Below are positions 35,100 to 46,776 of a stretch of 64,000 bases of DNA, piece by piece. Below the pieces are notes generated by a model, which was not told the DNA's origin, searched no databases, and worked only from the letters and a program-made list of their open reading frames with translations. Numbering within the stretch: position 1 is the stretch's first letter; every line of letters starts with the position of its first letter. Origin of the DNA: Balamuthia mandrillaris. Its lineage: Eukaryota. The translations under genes were made by a program, and so were the position numbers. The stretch spans positions 1-64,000 of the forward strand of contig JAVKOQ020000080.1 of the NCBI GenBank assembly GCA_031835245.2, written 5' to 3'.

Positions 35100-35745
35100 T
35101 CATGAGGAGAACAAAAATAAGTCGGGACAGAAAGAAAAACCGTTAAACTGTTGTTTAAGAGCTGCACTCGTGTCGGTAGGCGTGGCGAAGAAAATCTCCA
35201 ATGCCCATTCTTTTGGTTGGTGCGCACCGATCTTCCGTTGTTGTTCTGCATACTCCATAATTCTTTGCTGACTGATAGTGATGAGTGTGTTAAAAACAAA
35301 CAGGAATACTCTACTTCAAACGCATATCGTACTTCACTTCTGCTCCAGCGAAGACTTGTTGCGTCAAGGACAATACTTTCCAGGCAATGTTGGGGGCTCT
35401 TTGTTGCGGTTTCCTTCGGTGCACAAAACCCAACACCATGCTGAGGGTGTTGTCCGAGGAAGCGTCATCCACCACTACTACCTCGGCCTTCACCTCCTTC
35501 CATAAGGTACCGGTGAGCCTGAAAAAGAAATCGATACTCGTTTCAACGCTCTTCAGTGTTCTGGCGACATAAGGACCGGTGTTGTAGGCCGGCACGATGA
35601 CGGAGAAAGAGGTCGGCATTTTAGCAGCCAAGGCTTGCGGCGGAGGTGGCATTTTTTCCTCTGTACTGCCCAAGCTTAAGAACAGAACCAGCAGAAGGAG
35701 CAGGGGACTGCGGGGATGCCAGCTGTGGGGCAGTGGTTGCTCCAT
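35100..35745 (-). CDS. GT2 paralogue 3, in-frame internal deletion lacking the DxD core (about 194 aa)
   Basis: SFSVIVPAYN...VDDASSD...QQVFAGA joins directly to EVN|QQRIMEYAEQQRK...FSFCPDLFLFSS*, which is homologous to the last exon of paralogue 2. Confidence 0.7.
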
Positions 35746-36002
35746 GCTTGCAACAGTCTCCTTCTGAGTGCACCCACTGACTGCCAAGCTCAACCCAGTT
35801 TTCAACAACTGGCGAAAGGGGTGAGATCATACCACGTCGTTTCGGTCGACACCTTCGAGTAGTTGATCGATTACCGCTTCCCAGAAATTCGGTAGAAATT
35901 TGGAATAAATTTGTCGGGAACTTCCTTTATTTGGCAAATTTGGAATAGTTCCTTGCTTATTTTTTTTTTTAAGTTTTTGTTTTCAGTTTGTTGGGCACAC
36001 AC

Positions 36003-36810
36003 ATGGCACTAAGACAAGGCTTGATGCGTGGAGGGTTGGCGGGTCGGTGGACCTCTTCGTCACTGGGACTGACTTCAAGCCGCCTGCAGGTGAGCAGCCG
36101 TGGTTTCTCCTGGACAACGCGGGTGGCTGCCCCCTCCACTGTGGTCGTTTCTGGCAAGGGGCACAACGTCCAGACCATAGTGCATTGTGGCGAGAAGAAG
36201 CACCACCACCTGGTACTTGACGAGCCCAAAGCTATGGGCGGTGAGGACACTGGTATTGTCTGCACTTCTCATCTTTTGCTTTCCCTTCTCTTTTCACTCG
36301 CTTCAATTTTCTCTTTGCTGACATGTGACGAAACAAGGACCAACTCCGTTGGAGGCTTTGTTGAGCGCTTTAGCAGCCTGCGAGACAGCCACTGCACGTG
36401 CGTATTGTCCACCACTTAAAACCATGCAGTATTGTTTGTTGCTGGCTGTGCTTGTTGCTAACTGCTTCCGCAACAACACAGACTTGCTGGCGAAGAGAAT
36501 GAAGATGCGCCTTGGCGACATGGCCTATCACATCGAGGGCTTCTACGACTGGTCAGCATTCAGCAAAGGCACCGACACCCCCACACACTTTTACAAGATA
36601 GTGCAGCACATCTCTGTGGAGATGGACGGCTCCATGGAGAAGGACCAGGTAGTGGAGTTCCAGCGCAAGGTGGAGCGGTTGTGCCCCGTGTCGAGCCTCA
36701 TCCACGCGGCAGGGGTGGAGGTCCACACCCACTGGAAGACGGAGGCGCTGTCCACCACCCCCGTGGAATCCAACCACGACCGACACAAGGACCACGGCCC
36801 ATCCGAGTGA
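36003..36810 (+). CDS. OsmC/Ohr-like protein with a probable mitochondrial presequence
   Basis: Arg/Ser-rich N-terminus, LDEPKAMGGEDTG|PTPLEALLSALAAC and VERLCPV; both family cysteines are present. Confidence 0.85.
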
Positions 36811-37260
36811 ACTCCCACATAAGAGAGAGGGCGCCCGTTTCGGAGTGACGTCACTTTTTTCTAAATAAAGCTAAATTAATGATTGTAAACAACCCTCGAG
36901 CCCGAAATGGGATAATTAATACCTACGAGGTTGAAACTCCAGATCATCCGAACCCTCGGAGATCCTTAACTGACGGAAAGAAATGGTCCGGGACAAAGGG
37001 CAGCACATAAAGTCCAGTCACAGAGTAGAAGACATAGTGTTGAGAGGACCGCGTCCGAGGAGCAGAAACCATTTCTTCTTCACCTTTTCAATTGTGAAAA
37101 AAATAGAAAAAGCCAAAACAATAATTGTTCATCGGGAAAAGAAAAGACAGGAAAGAGGAAAGAAGAAGAGGAAGAAATAGGGGCTCATTTATTTATTTAT
37201 TTATTTATTTATTGTTTATTTTTTGTTCTTCTTCCTGCTTGGCCAAGTGGGAAGAAAACG

Positions 37261-39198
37261 ATGTGGAGCAGGTTCTCCTACACTTTTTCGTGCTATGGCA
37301 GCGTTTGGCGCCTCTCTCCTCGGTCCTTGGTCCTCTTTGCTTTTGTACTCTACGTTTTTGTTCTCCTCTTCCAGTTGTCCAGTGTTTCTCCCACCCTCCC
37401 TGAAAAAAATGTAAAAACGTACGTTTGTCTTCGACCCCTCCTTTTTTCTTCTAATCAACCCAGTCATCGCGCTACGTTTCATCACTGACTTTTGTGTTAC
37501 GCTTGTGGTTTTTTTTTTGCGTTCTCTCTCTCTCTCTCTCTCTCCCTCTCTCTCTCCCTCTCTCTCTCCCTCTCTCTCGCTCTCAACAGTTCGGCCGAAT
37601 GCACCGTAGCAGCTGCACTCCAACGGAATGGCTACGACATGCTTCCTCCTCTCCCACAACGTTCTTTCATTCCCATCAATGACGTGGCTTGCTCACGGGT
37701 GGTGCTGCCTCACTTTTGGGTGGGGAGCAAGGCGGATGGAGAACAGCGGCCGGAGGTGAGCAGGCAACTGCAGCAAACAAAAGAAGGGAGGGGAGAGCAT
37801 CGTAACCAACAGGAGCGAAAGGGAAAGGAGAGCAACGTTGTACATGGAGGAGGGCCGGAGAGAGAAGCATCCACAGGAGCTATCACACTGGTTACTCAGT
37901 TGAGCTTCAATCGGCTGCCTCGGTTAGTCACGTTGGCCAAGGCCTGGCAAGGCCCCATCAGCGCCGCTGTGTTTCTTCGGGCAACGGAGGAGATCCAGGA
38001 GCTCTCTCGGTGGTTCCGCGAGGAGCCCCTCGCTTTCCAGTATGTGAGGCTGCACCTGGTGTTGGGCAAGCCTAATGACCCCTATCCCATCAATACCCTG
38101 CGCAACGTGGCTACCAAGTTGGCTCTTCCTCCCTCCGCCTACGCCAACACGGTCACCCACGAGGACATCATGCAACAAGCCCGCTCCGTCTTCTTTGCCA
38201 GCGAGAGGCACACTCACGGTGTGGCTCACTGGCTGGACAATGACTTACTGGCTAACGGGATGTTCTTCCCTTCCGACGTAGCCCACCCCAACGTTCTTTG
38301 GGACTCACCCGAGTGGATCATGGCGAGTGACGTGGACGCCGTGCCCAGTGCTCCCATGCCTCACTTTTGGCAGGACCTCCAACGGACCACACATCAGTGG
38401 AATGACACTCTGCGCCATGACCAGGAGACGATCTACGTGGTGCCCGCCTTGGAAATGACAGAAAAGTTCCTTGAAGCTGTCGGCACGGAAGGCATCCTTA
38501 AAGCCACGTTCACTCTTCCTACCAGCAAGGAAGAAGTTGATCTGCTATGGCAACAGGGCCACCTCACTGCCATGCACCCGGAGTATCCGCCTGCCTATCA
38601 TGGTCCCTTTTCTTTGCATCAGTGGTTGCAAACAGATGAGCCTTATCGTGTTACCTATCAACGGTGTTTCGAAGGCTACTTCATTGCTCGACTGAGGAAT
38701 ATGATTCCCTACGACGAGCGGTTTCTGGTCGGTGTTCTCTCTCCCTCTCTTTCCTTCATCTTTTCTATTCTCTGATCGCTAACTTATTGATGAAAAAAAC
38801 AGGGAAGAGGCTACAACAAAGCAACGCACCACTTTGAGCTGTACGCATCCGGACGCGCTCTCGCAGTGCTTCCCAACTCCTGGCTGGTGGACGCGCCCCA
38901 CATCGCCACCATCCAGGACACCTCCCGCCCGGCCTTGCTTGGGCGTGAGTGGGCCTCCTTTCTCACCGACATGCAACACAAGTACCATCTTCACTGCCGC
39001 AACGGAGACATTGACCGTCGGCATCCCGACTATGCCCCTCTCTTCCCCGGAGCCTTCTCTCCGAGCGAAGAAGAGGAGGCACGGCGATGGCCTCCGTTGA
39101 CCCCTTCATCCTCTTGTTGGTGGGCCGATGAGAACTTGGATGGAACGTATTGGTGGTGGTGGCGCATTCTTGACTTTTTCTATTCGCCTCAGCGATGA
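37261..39198 (+). CDS. Type II membrane glycosyltransferase of family GT49 (LARGE C-terminal / B4GAT1-like)
   Basis: N-terminal TM segment, then ITLVTQLSFNRL, WQGPISAAVF, YPINTLRNVA, SDVD, YVVPALE and PYDERF|GRGYNK. Confidence 0.85.
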
Positions 39199-39390
39199 AA
39201 GGTTTGAAATAGAGGATGGAGGAGAGAGAGAGAGAGAGAGCTGGACTTTGTTTTTCAAATTTATTTATTGAGAGTGTTTTTTTTTTTGGTTGTTGAATTG
39301 TTTTGTATATTTTTTGTTCTGTTTAGATGTTTCTTTCAAGTATCAACAACGTTGAAAATATTTTTGCTTATCCCTCTTTGTTCTTCCAGT

Positions 39391-40771
39391 TTACTTTGCA
39401 TTCATTTTTTGTTGCAATTTCAATTTCTCCATTTTCTTCTTCAGCTTTTCGGCATCTTTCAGCGCTTTCTTCTGTTCTCGAGTGAGTTTGGTTTTGCCTT
39501 CCTGCTGCCTCTTCACCCATTCCTCTCTCTCTTTCTCTGTCATGGTTCTTCTCCAACTCTCTTCTCCTCCTCTTGCTTCCACCGCATCTTCAGCTGCTTT
39601 CTCCTTTTGCTTTTCCTTTTGCTGTTCCTCTTTGTCGAAGTGGTTGGAGGTGTTGTTGTTTGGTGTTGTTGGGGACCACGCTCTCGTGCTTCCCCCTTTC
39701 TTTTTCTTGTTCCTCTCCTCTTCCTGCTGGCCTCCTCCTCTTGGACTCCTTCTTAGGATGACGATGCTCTTGGACTTTTTCTTTGTCTTCTTGTTCTCCT
39801 CTTCTTTTCCTCCTTCGTGCGTTGAGAGAGACGCCGAGTGACAGCCATGACGAACGTATACAGCGGAGGAGGAGGAGTAAGCAGGTTGTGCTGACGAGGA
39901 AGCATAGAACGAAGTGCTCGACCGGCGCTGCGAAGTTGGTGCCGTCAGCATGTTTGTTGGTGGTGGTGGTAGCGAAGAGGAGGAACGAGGCGAAGAGGCA
40001 GTGGAACCAGGGGAGGAATGGGTGTGTTGCGGTTGTTTTAGATGCCGGAGACGAACTTGCTCATCGTTGACAAAGAGGTGAGGCGACAGCGGTGTTCTTG
40101 AGGAGGAAGAAGAAGACGCAGACGCGCCGATAGTGGAGTGTGAGCTTAAGGGTCTGTTGGTGCTCGTGTAAGCTGGAGCCGGACGGCTGAAGATTTGGCT
40201 TTTGCTCCCACGACTTTCAAGCTGCGGGACGGTCTTTGGACTAGAGCTGCTTATTGCACAAGTTAGACCCAAGCATGGAGAGAAAGAAAGAAGCAAAGAA
40301 AAGAAGAACAAGACCAGCTCAAGAAGAAAAAGAACTAGAACAAGAACAAGGCAACGATGAAGACGAACAAGAAGAAGAACAAGAACTAGAACAGCAGAAG
40401 AGAACCAGAGATATAAACAAAGGGAACAACAAGAATAAGGCCAAAGACTACAGACATGAACAGGTAATAAGAAGACGTCTAAAGGTAGCGTACTATTGTT
40501 GAAACGGAGTCCAGTCGTCATCTTCTATTGCTTTTGTTGTTGCGTCGTTGTCTTGCTTCATCGAGAGCTGCAATGGGGTGGGCGGATGCGGAGCCGTGTG
40601 GCGCCGGGTCGACGGCCCACGTACCGTGGCATAGTTGCTCAGACGTTTCGAGGAAGTAGCTGTGGAATAGTCAGAGTCCGACGAGGGGTTCATCAAGGCA
40701 GAGGAGTGGTGTCCGCCGTTTTGCGGGGAGACAAAAGTGGGTGGCGAGAGCAGTGGTCGAGAGGCTGCCAT
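39391..40771 (-). CDS. Hypothetical Ser/Pro-rich low-complexity protein with a basic coiled-coil C-terminus
   Basis: Two long open exons separated by a (TCTTGT)-rich intron at about 40250-40495. Ends LTREQKKALKDAEKLKKKMEKLKLQQKMNAK*. Start codon uncertain. Confidence 0.55.
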
Positions 40772-41106
40772 CCCTTGCAGTTTTGGTTGCTTGAAATCTC
40801 TGCTCTGTGCGTTTTGCAAGGTTAGCAATGAGACAAGGGTGTACAGACAGCTGCAACAAAGGGAAAACAAACAGGTTACACAGGTACCAATGGACAAAGC
40901 GGAAAGAGTTATCGAAACGTTTGTTTGCTCAACAACAAAATAAAGAGGTTGTTTGAATTTTCAAACTGTTCTACCTCCTCCCTCCTCCTCCTCGTCGTTG
41001 GTTGGGCGTCCTTTTGAAACTCCTCTCTTCTCTCTCTCTCTCTCTCTCTTATGACCTCTGCTCCCCCCCCCCTTTCCCGTTTGGGGGATTTTTGTGGGGT
41101 TTCGAG

Positions 41107-41250
41107 AGTCAAGGGGCTGGCCACGAGATTGCTCCTTGTTGATCGGCGAAAAGGCGGTGGGAAGCACCCTCTTTTTTTGGTGATGGAAATCAAGGTTAGG
41201 GTTTATATATGGGGCTGACCCTATATTAGCATATATCCCCAGGACGTCCT
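41107..41250 (-). repeat. Dispersed 144-bp element A (copy 1), in a divergent promoter region
   Basis: The reverse complement matches 63749-63892 at 143 of 144 positions. Confidence 0.92.
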
Positions 41251-41357
41251 GACGACCCTTGCTTCCTGTAATGGAGTTCTGTTCCATAGTAGGCTCTTTA
41301 TCTGAAAACTTTTCTCTCTGCAAAAAACAACAACAGAAGCAAAGGAAACCAAGGACC

Positions 41358-44300
41358 ATGGGACGCAAGACCCAAAGGCGAGGTCGTCACAGAAGCGCGG
41401 GAGCGGCTCCTGGCGGTGGACGTAAACCTTTTGTTGTGGGCAAGCATTCCTCGGCATCTCTCGCGGCCTCTGCCTCCTCCACCTCCACCTCCACCGCCAC
41501 GGCTTCTCCTTCCTCCTCTCTTACGGTCGCTTGGGGTTGGATCGCAGCAGCGTCTAAGCGTGGCTTCCTAGCCCTACGTCATTTCCTCGCCCAAAGCAGG
41601 GACGGCATCCTTCAACGGCCGCTTCTCTTCTCCTCCGCCGTTCTCTCCCTCCTTCTCATCCTCCTTGCCTACCTCTTCCTCGACCCGCCTCCTCACCGCC
41701 AACTGGCATTGCTTTGGCAGCTCCTCCAACCCTCGCTTGAAAGCTTCCTCCTCCTCTTCGGTTGGACGTGCCTGCAAAACGGGTTCTCGCTCCTCACGGA
41801 GGCCCTCTGCTGGACAAGAGGGACTTTGCTGGCCGGTTGGGTGGTCCCTCTGCTCGGTTGCTCTGTTGGGTCGTTGGCCTTTTTGGTAGCTTGGGGCCCT
41901 TCCCTGCAGGCCAACCTCAAAGCAAGCGGCCTCTTTCGTTGCTTCCCTTTGCCGGCGGTGTTGCAACGGGGGGGAGGCTCAGCGCTCTCGCAGGCGGAAG
42001 TGACGGCACGGTACGGGAGGCTGTTGGAGGCGCAGTGGGTCTCCGATGCGGCCCTGTTGGAGTGGTGTGAGCGACACAGAAAAGTCTTTGCGACTTTGCC
42101 CAAATGCAGTTATACTCTTGTGCAAAAAGGTTGGCTGGCTTCCTCTCTCTCCCTGTTCTTCTCTCTGTTGGGTTTGAGCTCTTACATCCCTTTTTTTTTT
42201 AAAAAAAAAAAGCCCTGGAAAAAGAGAGAGGAGTTAAGGTTATGGAACAGCTGCTGGGATGGAGCAACCTTCGCGAGTTAGGAACACACTTTTACTACCC
42301 TTCTTATCTCACTCTGGCTCCTCCTATACATCAAGCCGCTCAACTCTGTCCCCCACATTCTTCTTCTTCTTCTTCTTCTTCTTCTTCTTCTTCTTCTTCT
42401 TCTTCTTCTTCTTCTACATCGACGGTATCTGCTGGAAGACGGGAGGGGCTCGAGATCCTTCGGCTGCTCATCGCCAAAGTGGAAGGCGCCACCAGAGTGG
42501 TTCATCGCAATGAGCTGCCCTTGCACCGCGCCATTCGATGCGGGTGGTGGGAGGCCGTCGAGTTGCTTCTCGACGCTGATGTTCAAACTTTAGTTTATCC
42601 CTACATCAACGAGTTGCAAAGAGGTGATGACGGGTATGCAGGAGCAGAGCAGCAGAAGAGCGAAGTATCGCCGATGCAGTTGGCTTTAATGAAAGATAGC
42701 GAGATGGATAGACTGTCTCAAGATGTAAGAAGAAAGGTGGCGCTCTTACTGTTGGAGAGAATCACAGGAGGAGAGCTGGGGAAGCACGCCTCCTCGTTCC
42801 TGCTTCGTCGTCAACTGTTGATTCGTCTTCCCGCTGAAAACGCGCTGAGCGAGAAGCAGTTGGTGGCAGCGAGAGATAAAGCTCCTCAGCTTTGCACTCA
42901 TCTGTCCTCCGCCATTCCTTTGCGTTGGCTGAAGGACTATCGCCGACCTGTGAAGGAGAACACGAAAAAGAATGGTGAGGAACAGCAGCAAAACAACAAT
43001 GAAAACAACAAGAAGAAGCCGGCAGGAAGGTTACGTTACTCAAACTCTGCGTTGAACAACCCAATCAGTGAGGAATATTCGTTGGCCAAGTTCGCGTGCC
43101 TGCTGCCTGGTGGCACTGGTGGTGTGCCAGACGCCAAAAACATACTTGCCGCTTTGTTTGATAGTGGCTGCTTCACAGGTAACTTTCTTCCTCCGCTTTT
43201 CTCATATCTGTCGTTCTCCCACTCTCTCCACGTTTTAGCTCTCCTCAAGCCTTGCCTCTCTCGAAGTTCTCACTCTTTTCTCACAAAGACTTTGAGTTCG
43301 TGGTTGGAAAGGAGAGATTACCTGTTCACAAAGCCATTATCCATTCGCGCGGCGGCAAAGCTATGCAGCAAATGATCGAGCGTTCTTCTTCTTCTTCCCC
43401 TTCCAACCATGTGGTTGCAGATGATGGTGAAGACGAAGCTGACGAGCTTCAACTCTGCAAAAAAGTTCAGGAGGAGGAAGAAGTAGAGAAAAACGAGACC
43501 TACGTGGTGCCAAGGGAAGATACACGGGACTCACAAGCCTTTCGTGCGTTGATTCGAGAGCTCTATTGCGGCAGTAACGTTCGGTCCTTGCGCCGTTCAC
43601 AAGAACGAGACTTATCGAAGAAGGTGCGACAGCTCGCAAACCTCTATCAGATACACTTGCCCGAAACATCATCTTCGACTTCAGAGCCCACGAAACAAAT
43701 CGTCTTTCCAGAGTTTGCATGGTTGGTTGACAACCAGCGTTATAGTGATATCTGTATCGTACTCGATCCCCCTTCTGCAGAAGAGCGAGCGAAAGAGGAG
43801 GAGCGAAAGAGGAGGAAGCAGGAGAAAATTAGCAGGTACGGCAACACCAAGAGAAAGTTAAAAGAATTGAAAGAGGAGGTGGTGGGGGCAGAAAAGAAGA
43901 ACATGGTGTACGCGCATAAGATCCTTCTCTCCATGTTCAGCGATTACTTCAAAGCCATGTTCCAACAGAACAACAAACATAATAACGACTCGGTCCTTCA
44001 CTTTCAAGAAAGCACAGCAACAGAGATTCACATACCTCATGTACGACGCAACACGTTGCTTCATCTCATCCGCTTCCTCTACACCCGGCAAGTCACATTC
44101 AAACCATCTAAGGCTCTGGAAATGTTGTCTTATGCCAATCAGTTCCTCGTCCCTGCTCTCATCGCGGAATGCGAGTCTATGCTCATCTCATTGTTGAGCA
44201 GGGAGACAGTGCTGTTCCTTTTGGAGACTGCTCAGACGTATTCTCTCTTTGAGTTGCGATTCCGCTGTGCTCTCTTCCTACTTTGTTTTGGGCAACAACG

Positions 44301-44508
44301 ACAAGTAAAGCAACAACAGCAACAACAGCAACGCAAAAAAGAGAGAAGAACAACAGAGAAAGAGAAAGAGAAAGAGAAAGAGAAATACCTGTTTTGTGAA
44401 GAACATGAAGAAGAGGATGCTGAAGACGAGGAACCATTGCAAGAACGGCTAAATACGGCTTGTTGTAAAGAACTTGCAAAGATGATTAGAAATCCAAGGC
44501 GCATATAA
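41358..44508 (+). CDS. Protein with N-terminal hydrophobic segments, ankyrin-like repeats and two BTB domains
   Basis: Ankyrin-like PLHRAIRCGWWEAVELLL. BTB1 DFEFVVGKERLPVHKAIIHSR. BTB2 YSDICIV...YAHKILLSMFSDYFKAMF...FLYT...LIAECE. Confidence 0.78.
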
Positions 44509-44651
44509 ATAAACTGTGGAAAATACTTTTTGGTCCTTCGTTGGGGTGACTAAAGAAGAAACGACAATAAAGGAACAAAGAAAGAAACGAGTGAAGAACA
44601 GATCCGGGAAAAAAAAGAGAGTTCATTTGAATAAGAAAGAAAAAAGTGGTG

Positions 44652-44889
44652 TTACTCTACATCAGCAGCGGAGGAAGACAGAGGTTTTACTCCTTCCTCA
44701 ATTGTAAAGTAACCGGGCAATGGTCCTCCATAAATGTACTCTTTTGAGAGGCTGGTATCATGGGGATCATTATCCTTCAACGCTTTCTGTAAACATGAAA
44801 TAACAGGTGTTACGTTAGTTAGCTCAGGTATTAATGAGAGAGACAACGAGTGAGCACAACATCACAGAGAAAGAGAGAAAGTGTGAGAG

Positions 44890-44930
<41 letters not shown>

Positions 44931-45606
44931 AGAGCGGAGAAACTGAGAGAAGCAGAGAAGAGAGGAGTGAACAGAGTGAAGGACAAGAGGTGAAAGGAGT
45001 TAACGGTAGAGCTTACAAAGTCAACGACGGGCTCCTGTGGGTCCTCACGGATCAACTCGGCATACCTGTCCAATAAATAACAAGCGCCAAGGACCAGCCC
45101 AATCTTGCCCACGAACGCCAGGTTGCTCTTCACGCTCTCCAGCCAAGGACCAAAGCCAGCCCACGTCGGATGCAAGAAGAAGGGCTTGGCGTCCAGTCCT
45201 GGAAAGCTCGGAGACATGGCCTGGCTCTCTGGACTTGGATCAATATCAAAATCTTCTGGCAACTAATTTTCATATATTTTTTTTTCATCAGAAAAAAACA
45301 ATTAATGGAAACTTAAAATCAAAAAAACGAAACACAACAACGAACCGCCCCTTTCCAGTTGTCGTAGAGTTTAGGGTCCCCAAACTCGTACTGGTAGCTC
45401 TCAGGCATGACGGCCCAGGGGTTCTCGTTGCTGCCGCCGCGCAAGGGCAGCAAGGAGGCGGTGCCGCGCCTCAAGCCGCCGGCGGAGCGGCCGTGAGCGG
45501 TGAGGCCCGCGGCAGCGCCCCAGCCGGAGCTGCGGGAGAGCGCCGTGGGGGCGCCGCCGCAGCGGAGGGAGCAGATGCTGGTGGTACCACTGCCAAGCCT
45601 TCTCAT
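44652..45606 (-). CDS. Small single-TM protein with a mitochondrial-type presequence, three exons, function unknown
   Basis: Arg/Gly/Ser-rich N-terminus, TM VGKIGLVLGACYLL, GT-AG introns, ends PLSSSAADVE*. Confidence 0.6.
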
Positions 45607-46010
45607 TCTGTCTACCGTCTTCCTTCCTTCCTTTCTTTTTTTTGTTTTTGTTATTTTTTTTTTTGATTGGGAAAAAATAACACCTTAGGTTAGGGTTTGG
45701 GTTGCAATGAGATCACCTAGCCCTAACAGTTCACAGGGAAATGCCTAGGTTGATTGGGTTCCTAATATCTTGGAGTTGAAAGAGATGGCAAGGGAAAAAA
45801 GGGCAACAAAAAAGTCCCGCTGACTTACAGCGGGAAAAATCAGTGTCGACAAGGACCACTGCCACACCAAACCATTGCGCGTTAGTCATATAACGAAAAA
45901 AAAAATCAACAAATATCCAAATTCTTGAATTGTTTAAATATATTGGAGGAAATGGCGAAAGTTAACGATAAAAGTCCGCAAAAATAAAACTGAAAGAAAC
46001 AGAAGGAAGG

Positions 46011-46582
46011 ATGCCAAAAGCAACAACATCGCGGGAGAGACCACCAGGTGCGAAGGGTGGTGGTGGATACTCTGTGGAAAGAGGTTGGACAAAGGGCAGT
46101 AGCCATGCCTCCTCACAAACAATGGACTGTTCACGTTTTCTAAAACGGCTACTGCGGCACTATGAACCTGAAATGCGGCTTGCCCCAGAAATATCCCTTT
46201 GGGTTCGTGTCAGAGCGTTCACTTCCGTTGAAAGGGGATGTTTCTCACCGGAAAAAGTTTGTTTTTTGTTAAACTTACCAGCTGCAGGCTCAACATGCCA
46301 TGTACATGAAACGCCTGGCTCAGAAGCTAAGCCAGGCAGCCATGCAGACAAACAACCATTCACCCACTGCGGATGAAGTGAGAGCCATCGCATTGGTTGG
46401 TATCAAGTGTCACAAACACCAACAACGAAACCCCCTTCCACCTGTTCTTCTTTATCTTCTTCTTCATTCTTTTGTTTTTCTTCCTTCCTTTGCCATTCCA
46501 ATGGAACTCAATGTCCTCTTTTTCTCTCCTTCTCCACATGGGGACATCACCGCAGGAAACGCAGCAAGAGCTAAAAGGGTGA
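46011..46582 (+). CDS. CENPW: CENP-W-like histone-fold protein; exons 46011-46202, 46282-46395, 46556-46582
   Basis: Spliced product ...SRFLKRLLRHYEPEMRLAPEISLW|LQAQHAMYMKRLAQKLSQAAMQTNNHSPTADEVRAIAL|ETQQELKG* aligns without gaps to CENP-W as I recall it (FLKR, P..RL, RLA, V.A.A, terminal basic-Gly). Both introns are phase 0 with GT-AG ends. Confidence 0.75.
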
Positions 46583-46776
46583 AGCCTAAATATTGTCGAC
46601 ATGAGGGGTACACAGTTGCTAGTACTGAAAACTTGTTGAATTTTCGCCATAAATTTCGTGTAGAGTAGCTATGAAATTCGCAGCAATCTCAAAGTCGACA
46701 AATATATCCACAAAAGATAATAAAAAAAAGAAAAGAAAAGAAAAATTTTGGTATACAGTACGCGTAGCGAGGGAGG

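Noticed and set aside
36860..37080. Complex non-repetitive intergenic stretch between OsmC and GT49
   Set aside because: No recognisable ORF, RNA structure or second copy in the window.
40250..40495. Apparent multi-TM N-terminus of ORF 39391..40521
   Set aside because: It is a (TCTTGT)-rich stretch bounded by GT and AG on the minus strand, best read as an intron.
44652..45606. Assignment as a complex I accessory subunit such as NDUFB8
   Set aside because: Only size and topology fit; I could not recognise a diagnostic motif.
45685..45702. TTAGGTTAGGGTTTGGG telomere-like sequence
   Set aside because: Only two or three degenerate units; not a telomere or a fusion scar.
14497..46582. Functional clustering of PICH, PARP and CENP-W as a genome-maintenance locus
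   Set aside because: They are separated by many unrelated genes; co-occurrence in a gene-dense window is expected by chance.
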